The notes beneath the pieces were generated by a model. The model saw only the letters and a list, made by a program, of their open reading frames with translations. It did no database searches and had not been told where the DNA came from. A DNA stretch of 60,870 nt, the filler included, from an uncultured Clostridia bacterium (lineage in GTDB: Bacteria > Aerophobota > Aerophobia > Aerophobales > B3-G15), in NCBI GenBank assembly GCA_964482715.1. It is 3 parts of 3 records of this genome, joined end to end, with 100 filler letters (N's around TTAATTAATTAA, not from the genome) between each part and the next. Parts side by side here need not be neighbours in the genome. Positions count along the whole stretch, not along the records: positions 42,840 to 60,870 come from CAYZYX010000033.1; 2 more parts are not named here. One strand, written 5' to 3'. Positions 56,017 to 60,870 of this stretch are shown piece after piece (within the stretch, counting starts at the first letter, position 1; each line of letters opens with the position of its first letter). Both the position numbers and the translations under genes were made by a program.

Positions 56017-56724
56017 TTAGATATATCCGTGTTTTTTTGAATTTTCAATTATAAGATTGGCTGCTTTCTCCGGGTCGTCAATAAGGTGAAAAAGTTCGAG
56101 ATCTTTTTCATCAATACAACCTGTTTCCAGCATGAATTTCTTCATCCAATCTATAAGATTTTTCCAGTAGGGAGAATCAAAGAGGATAATGGGGAAATGT
56201 TCTATTTTTCCGGTCTGAGCAAGTGTCAATGACTCAAAAAATTCATCCATGGTTCCATAACCACCCGGAAAGATAACAAAAGCCACCGAGTACTTAACAA
56301 ACATCATCTTGCGGACAAAAAAATATCTAAAACGAAGAGAGATGTTCTGATAAGGGTTAGCTTTTTGTTCTTCTGGAAGTTCTATATTGCAGCCCACTGA
56401 AATTCCACCAGCTCTGTAAGCCCCCATATTGGCGGCTTCCATTATTCCCGGTCCACCACCTGTAATTATGGTAAGTCCAGCTCTGGATAACTTTTCGGCA
56501 ACTTGACAGGCGGCTTTATAGTAAGGATTATCGGAGGAGAATCTGGCCGATCCAAAAATTGCCACTGCTGGTCCAATCTTGGAAAGTGCATCAAATCCCT
56601 CCACAAATTCACCTTGAATTCGCAAGATCCGCCAGGGATCGGTTTTGGTAAAATCTTCCTCGGCTCGATGTCGCGCTTTTAAAAGCTCACGGTCAGAATG
56701 TTTGGATTCTCTTTTGGAAGTCAC
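56017..56724 (-). CDS. LOG-family nucleotide phosphoribohydrolase (TIGR00730)
   Basis: FGSAR, TGGGPGIMEAAN, FFVRK, PGGYGTMDE. Confidence 0.92.
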   Translation of the reverse strand: MTSKRESKHSDRELLKARHRAEEDFTKTDPWRILRIQGEFVEGFDALSKIGPAVAIFGSARFSSDNPYYKAACQVAEKLSRAGLTIITGGGPGIMEAANMGAYRAGGISVGCNIELPEEQKANPYQNISLRFRYFFVRKMMFVKYSVAFVIFPGGYGTMDEFFESLTLAQTGKIEHFPIILFDSPYWKNLIDWMKKFMLETGCIDEKDLELFHLIDDPEKAANLIIENSKKHGYI

Positions 56725-56767
56725 TTTTTCTCTCCTTTCTAATTTTTTCAGTTTCAGAGGGCAAAAT

Positions 56768-56795
56768 TTGACCTTCTTTGACTTACCAGTATAAT
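56768..56795 (+). promoter_or_regulatory. Putative sigma70 promoter of ccdA
   Basis: TTGACC-16 bp-TATAAT. Confidence 0.6.
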
Positions 56796-56814
56796 ATAAA
56801 AAACGAGCTTTCTC

Positions 56815-57531
56815 ATGTTTGATTTTTTTGTCCTCATAGCTTTGGCGGCGGGATTTTTGTCATTCCTTTCACCCTGCATCTTACCTCTTATTCCTTCCTA
56901 TATTTCTTTTGTAGCAGGTAGCTCGCTCTCTGAAATCACCGAAGGAACTGGTGATCATGATTTAAGAAAAAGGATCATTTTTAATTCCATTCTTTTCATT
57001 CTTGGATTTTCGACAATCTTTGTTGCTCTTGGCGCAAGTGCCTCTCTTGCTGGACAACTCATCTATGAGCATCGCCTGTGGATTACCAGAATAGGTGGAT
57101 GTGTTGTGATTTTCTTTGGTCTTTACACCATGGGGGTTTTTCGTCTTTCCTTTCTGGACAAGGAAAAAAGATTTCATCTTACCCGAAGACCAATTGGTTA
57201 CTGGGGAACACCTTTAATTGGAGCCACTTTTGCAGCTGGGTGGACCCCATGTGTGGGACCAATTTTAGGCTCCATTTTATTTTATGCCAGTACCACCAAA
57301 TCCATAGTAAAAGGTATTATTCTTTTAAGTTTCTACTCCCTGGGCCTTGCTATCCCTTTTTTTCTATCCTCTCTGGCTCTTAATTTCTTCCTGCACTATT
57401 ATGCGAGATTCAGGAAAAATCTACGACTTATCTCAATTATAAGTGGGTGTTTACTGGTGGCAATAGGTATTTTGCTCGTAACTGACACCTTTTCCTTTCT
57501 TAGTTTTAGCCTTTTACAGCTCCCAGGGTGA
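56815..57531 (+). CDS. ccdA: Cytochrome c biogenesis / thiol-disulfide membrane protein CcdA
   Basis: SFLSPCILPLIP, GWTPCVGPILG, YSLGLAIPF. Confidence 0.92.
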   Translation: MFDFFVLIALAAGFLSFLSPCILPLIPSYISFVAGSSLSEITEGTGDHDLRKRIIFNSILFILGFSTIFVALGASASLAGQLIYEHRLWITRIGGCVVIFFGLYTMGVFRLSFLDKEKRFHLTRRPIGYWGTPLIGATFAAGWTPCVGPILGSILFYASTTKSIVKGIILLSFYSLGLAIPFFLSSLALNFFLHYYARFRKNLRLISIISGCLLVAIGILLVTDTFSFLSFSLLQLPG

Positions 57532-58339
57532 GACCTCTTACAAGGTACTTCTGAACTGCCAGGGTCATAACTAAAATAGGAATTATAGCGATCACAATCA
57601 ATGCTGACATTTCTCCCCAGAGAATCTTGGTAGGGGATTGAAAGGCTGAAAGCTGAACTGTCACGGTCTTAGCAGTTTCCCGGGTCAAAATAAGGGCAAA
57701 CATAAATTCGTTCCAGGCAAAGATAAAGCAAAATATTGCCGTAACCACAATCCCTGGGGCAACAAGAGGTATAACTATTCTGAGAAGAGCACCTCCCCGG
57801 GAACATCCATCAACCATGGCCGCCTCTTCTATATCTCGAGGAAATTCTTCAAAAAAGCCGGTTAGAAGCCAGACTGAGAAGGCTATGTTAAAGGTGCAGT
57901 AAACTATTATAAGCCCGGCATAAGTATCAATTAGCCCCAATCTTTTTAAAAGTAAGAAAAGAGGAATAATGACGGCAATGGGAGGGAACATTCGTTGTGA
58001 TAAGATCCAGAAAGATAAATTTCCTCCTCCAATTCCAAAACGAGCAATGCCATAGGCTGCAGGTATACTTAAGCCCAGGACCAGCAGAGTGTTAAGAGAG
58101 GCAACAATGAGACTGTTCTTTAAATATCCCAGTCCTGCGGTGTAAATTATGTATTTGTAGTTATTCAAGGTGGGCATTCGAGGTATCCAAACGGGGGGAT
58201 AGGTATAATATTCGGCAATTGTTTTGAATGATGTTGAAATTGCCCAGGCAATGGGAAAAAGGGCAAAAAAAAGGGCAACTCCCAAAGCCAGATAGATAAA
58301 AATAGTACCTGTGTAGTGTTTGATCTTTCTCTTATTCAC
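57506..58339 (-). CDS. Carbohydrate ABC permease (MalG-like)
   Basis: STSFK, EEAAMVDG, WNEF, QKYLVRGLTLGAVK. Confidence 0.92.
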   Translation of the reverse strand: MNKRKIKHYTGTIFIYLALGVALFFALFPIAWAISTSFKTIAEYYTYPPVWIPRMPTLNNYKYIIYTAGLGYLKNSLIVASLNTLLVLGLSIPAAYGIARFGIGGGNLSFWILSQRMFPPIAVIIPLFLLLKRLGLIDTYAGLIIVYCTFNIAFSVWLLTGFFEEFPRDIEEAAMVDGCSRGGALLRIVIPLVAPGIVVTAIFCFIFAWNEFMFALILTRETAKTVTVQLSAFQSPTKILWGEMSALIVIAIIPILVMTLAVQKYLVRGLTLGAVKG

Positions 58340-58341
58340 CT

Positions 58342-59220
58342 TTATGCTGCCTTTGGTCTCATCAATCTAATAAAAATGGTGCTTAAAATTACGGTTATAA
58401 TCAAAATAAGATAGGATAAAGCAGCCGCATATCCCATGCGAAAGTACCTGAATCCTACAAGGTAAGTGTAGAAGCTAATTGTTTCTGTCCTTCCACCCGG
58501 TCCGCCCATGGTTAAAACGTAAATTATATCAAAAAGCTTGATTGTATCTATCACTCTGATAAGAAGAACAGCCAGAATGGGCAATTTAATCAGGGGCAAA
58601 GTTATGTAGGTAAAAATTTGAAAAGAAGAGGCTCCATCTATTCGTGCGGATTCATAAGGCTCAATCGGGATGGATTGTAATCCCGCCAGAAGCACCATCA
58701 TCACAAGGGGTGTCCATTCCCAGACGTCAGTAAGGATAACTGCCAGCACAGCCAGATCCGGGTCAGCAAGCCAGGCCCATTCAACATTTATTCCTATCAT
58801 GTTCAAAAATCCATTTATAGCTCCGTATTTTTCGTGATAAAGCATTCTCCATATGAGTCCGGCAACAATGGGAGAGATCATAACGGGAGTTATAAGTAAA
58901 GAGGTAATAATGCGTCTTCCCGGGATTTTTCTGTTAAGAAGTAAAGCTAATCCCAGCCCTATGATAAGCTCCAGTCCAATAGCCGGACCTCCAATAAAAA
59001 AAGTATTTCTAAAGGAACTCCAGACTCTGCTATCGCTAAAAATTGCATTTGCATAGTTGGATAGACCCGCAAATATCCACCTTCCTCCTCTTCTAAGGTC
59101 ACAGAAAAAAAAGCTAAGAGAAAGGGAGTAAATAAGAGGAAAAATAGTTATAGCAAGGAGAACAGCTATAACAGGTAAGATGTAAATGAGATTAGAAACT
59201 ACAGATTTGTGAAGATTCAT
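58342..59220 (-). CDS. Carbohydrate ABC permease (MalF-like)
   Basis: GLSNY, DVWEWTP, ESARIDGA, TMGGPG. Confidence 0.92.
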   Translation of the reverse strand: MNLHKSVVSNLIYILPVIAVLLAITIFPLIYSLSLSFFFCDLRRGGRWIFAGLSNYANAIFSDSRVWSSFRNTFFIGGPAIGLELIIGLGLALLLNRKIPGRRIITSLLITPVMISPIVAGLIWRMLYHEKYGAINGFLNMIGINVEWAWLADPDLAVLAVILTDVWEWTPLVMMVLLAGLQSIPIEPYESARIDGASSFQIFTYITLPLIKLPILAVLLIRVIDTIKLFDIIYVLTMGGPGGRTETISFYTYLVGFRYFRMGYAAALSYLILIITVILSTIFIRLMRPKAA

Positions 59221-59245
59221 TTTATCGGGCAGACCTAATCAAATT

Positions 59246-59278
59246 AAAGAAGGGGAAGAGTCGCTCTTCCCCTTCTTT
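59246..59278 (-). terminator. Intra-operon hairpin after the SBP gene
   Basis: AAAGAAGGGGAAGAG-TCG-CTCTTCCCCTTCTTT, a perfect 15-bp stem. Confidence 0.7.
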
Positions 59279-59299
59279 TTTATAATTTCCATCGCTCTT

Positions 59300-60667
59300 T
59301 TATTTAACAGCACCCATAGCCTTCATGGCTTCAAGCTGTGCCAGCCAGGCTTTTTTCTGCTCCTCGAACCCAAGTCTCTTGGTTATCTCTCTCCATTCCT
59401 TAGCTGCATCATTGAGGGCATCTCGAGCAGATTTTTGTCCAGCATAAGCTAAAGTAAGTTGATAATCGAGTGCATCCATATATTCTGCTGATCCAGGAAT
59501 AAGTAGATCAGGAAATCCCTGACGCAGATTTGCTTCAATAGCATCAAGATACTCTCCTGCAGTTGGCCAGGCAGCTCTAAACTCTGGAGCACGATAGTGG
59601 GAGATGCGATAAGGATCAAGTGAAGTGGCTGGATCCATTACTATCTTAAGGCTTATGTCAGGACGGGTGATAAAATGAACAAAGGTAGCTGCAGCACCTT
59701 TATGTCTGGAATATCTTGGAATCCCCAGGTCCCATCCTCCAGCAATCATAGTTTTTCCCTGAGGAAATACTGCATATCCGGATTTTCCAATTATTTTTGA
59801 TTCAGCGGGATCTTCTGCTGCCTTACCTACACAGGTCCACTGAAGGACCATAGCTACATCGCCTTTGGTGTAAGCCGTTCTTACCTCCATATAGGCATAA
59901 TTGAGAACTCCAGGAGGCATATAAGGAATGGTGGAAAGCAGATTTTCCAGTGCCTTTACTCCAGATTCACTGTTGATCAGAGGATTCATATCTTCATCAA
60001 AATAATTGCCACCGTAGCCAGCCAATCTTCCTATAAACCACCAGTAGGTTCTTCCTCTTTTCAAATATGAAGCTTCCCCATATTCAACCTGTCCATCACC
60101 ATCCCAATCCCAACCAGAGAAGAAACTGGCAATATCTCTGTATTCATCCCAGGTTTTTGGAGGGGTAATCCCGTATTTGTCAAACTGGTCTTTACGGTAG
60201 TAAAGCATATGAGTATCTCCATCCCAGGGCATACCATACCAAACTCCTGCCCAGCTGCAGTAAAGTTCCCTGAACATGGGCATTACGTCTTCCAGTTTAA
60301 AATCAAGATTGAATTTCTTAGCTAAAGGCTCGAGTGGTTCCAGGTGATAGCTATAGTCTGCAATCCAGGCGGGATTGAATTGAACTACATCGTAGGCCCC
60401 GCTTTCTGCAGTGAATTCGGTCATCTCCTTTTCATAAATCGCTTCAGGCGCCATTTCCACCACATTAATCTTTATTCCAGTTTCTTTCTCAAACTGATCT
60501 TTAAACTTGTACACACCAGTTGCATGTGGAACGGCATGGACAGCTACAGTTATGGTTTCTCCGGCAAAGGGTTTCTGGGCAGATACCCCTCCTGCAGCAA
60601 GAGTCATGATTAACATACCACCAGCCACCAATCCTAAAGCTTTTTTCCAGCTTTTAATGGACTTCAT
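59300..60667 (-). CDS. Sugar ABC substrate-binding protein
   Basis: Signal peptide, FEKETGIKI, LYYRKD, PPKTWDE, AGGWDLGI; AAGGAGGTGA SD. Confidence 0.92.
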   Translation of the reverse strand: MKSIKSWKKALGLVAGGMLIMTLAAGGVSAQKPFAGETITVAVHAVPHATGVYKFKDQFEKETGIKINVVEMAPEAIYEKEMTEFTAESGAYDVVQFNPAWIADYSYHLEPLEPLAKKFNLDFKLEDVMPMFRELYCSWAGVWYGMPWDGDTHMLYYRKDQFDKYGITPPKTWDEYRDIASFFSGWDWDGDGQVEYGEASYLKRGRTYWWFIGRLAGYGGNYFDEDMNPLINSESGVKALENLLSTIPYMPPGVLNYAYMEVRTAYTKGDVAMVLQWTCVGKAAEDPAESKIIGKSGYAVFPQGKTMIAGGWDLGIPRYSRHKGAAATFVHFITRPDISLKIVMDPATSLDPYRISHYRAPEFRAAWPTAGEYLDAIEANLRQGFPDLLIPGSAEYMDALDYQLTLAYAGQKSARDALNDAAKEWREITKRLGFEEQKKAWLAQLEAMKAMGAVK

Positions 60668-60746
60668 TTTTCACCTCCTTAAAATTGTACGATTTTTTCA
60701 CCTCCTCTCATCTTTAGCGGTATCTATGCACATTATTTTTAATTAC

Positions 60747-60775
60747 ATTATACAGACCTTTTATTTTTTAGTCAA
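60747..60775 (-). promoter_or_regulatory. Putative sigma70 promoter of the sugar ABC operon
   Basis: Minus strand TTGACT-17 bp-TATAAT. Confidence 0.7.
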
Positions 60776-60870
60776 ACAAAAAAGAATTTAAGTTTAAAGT
60801 TGTGAATTTATCTCTTTAAGAGAAAAATACAGTTTTCTGTAAATCCTGTATTTTTTATCGTACTTTTCTT

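Noticed and set aside
1..60870. tRNA, rRNA, riboswitch, cas, reverse transcriptase, integrase or phage genes
   Set aside because: None recognisable by eye; a covariance-model scan would be needed to exclude small RNAs

Overview
About 40% GC bacterial sequence from an anaerobic, diderm, sugar-fermenting organism. Gene content is reminiscent of candidate phyla such as Aerophobetes or Atribacterota, but the sequence alone cannot prove this. The window is not contiguous. Two artificial contig linkers (N44-TTAATTAATTAA-N44 at 23011-23110 and 42740-42839) and one 100-N gap (30649-30748) split it into three unlinked pieces. Piece 1 holds an outer-membrane protein tail, a sugar ABC ATPase, yacP-like/phoH/7TM-HD/ybeY/skp/lpxD/lpxC-fabZ/uppS/cdsA/rseP/vorB/leuD/cimA, archease-rtcB, an HTH/Zn-ribbon gene, a gntK-gnd-LarA-family (GntE-like) cluster preceded by an SDR remnant, and a truncated CRISPR array (5 identical 37-nt repeats, no cas genes visible). 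Piece 2 holds a deletion-scarred sugar ABC/PfkB operon, cysE, a PAP2 gene, a COG1470-ABC module, Uma2, two ArsR genes with an ABC-2 exporter, and an unusual chemosensory cluster (triple-domain CheW, ParA, TPR, two CheR, CheD, CheB, HEAT, CheY, dual-Hpt CheA). Piece 3 holds a sugar ABC system with two UroD/MtaA-family enzymes, a transposase remnant, mltA, a sugar isomerase, recD2, further sugar enzymes, a LOG-family gene, ccdA and another sugar ABC system. The main signals missing from the ORF track are a dispersed TIR-bounded rod-folding MITE-like family (15879-15972, 48173-48376), a 45-aa highly basic small ORF with its own promoter and a perfect SD (53469-53606), three apparent ATT/CTG/ATA start codons, and an attenuator-like four-segment structure (1803-1895).
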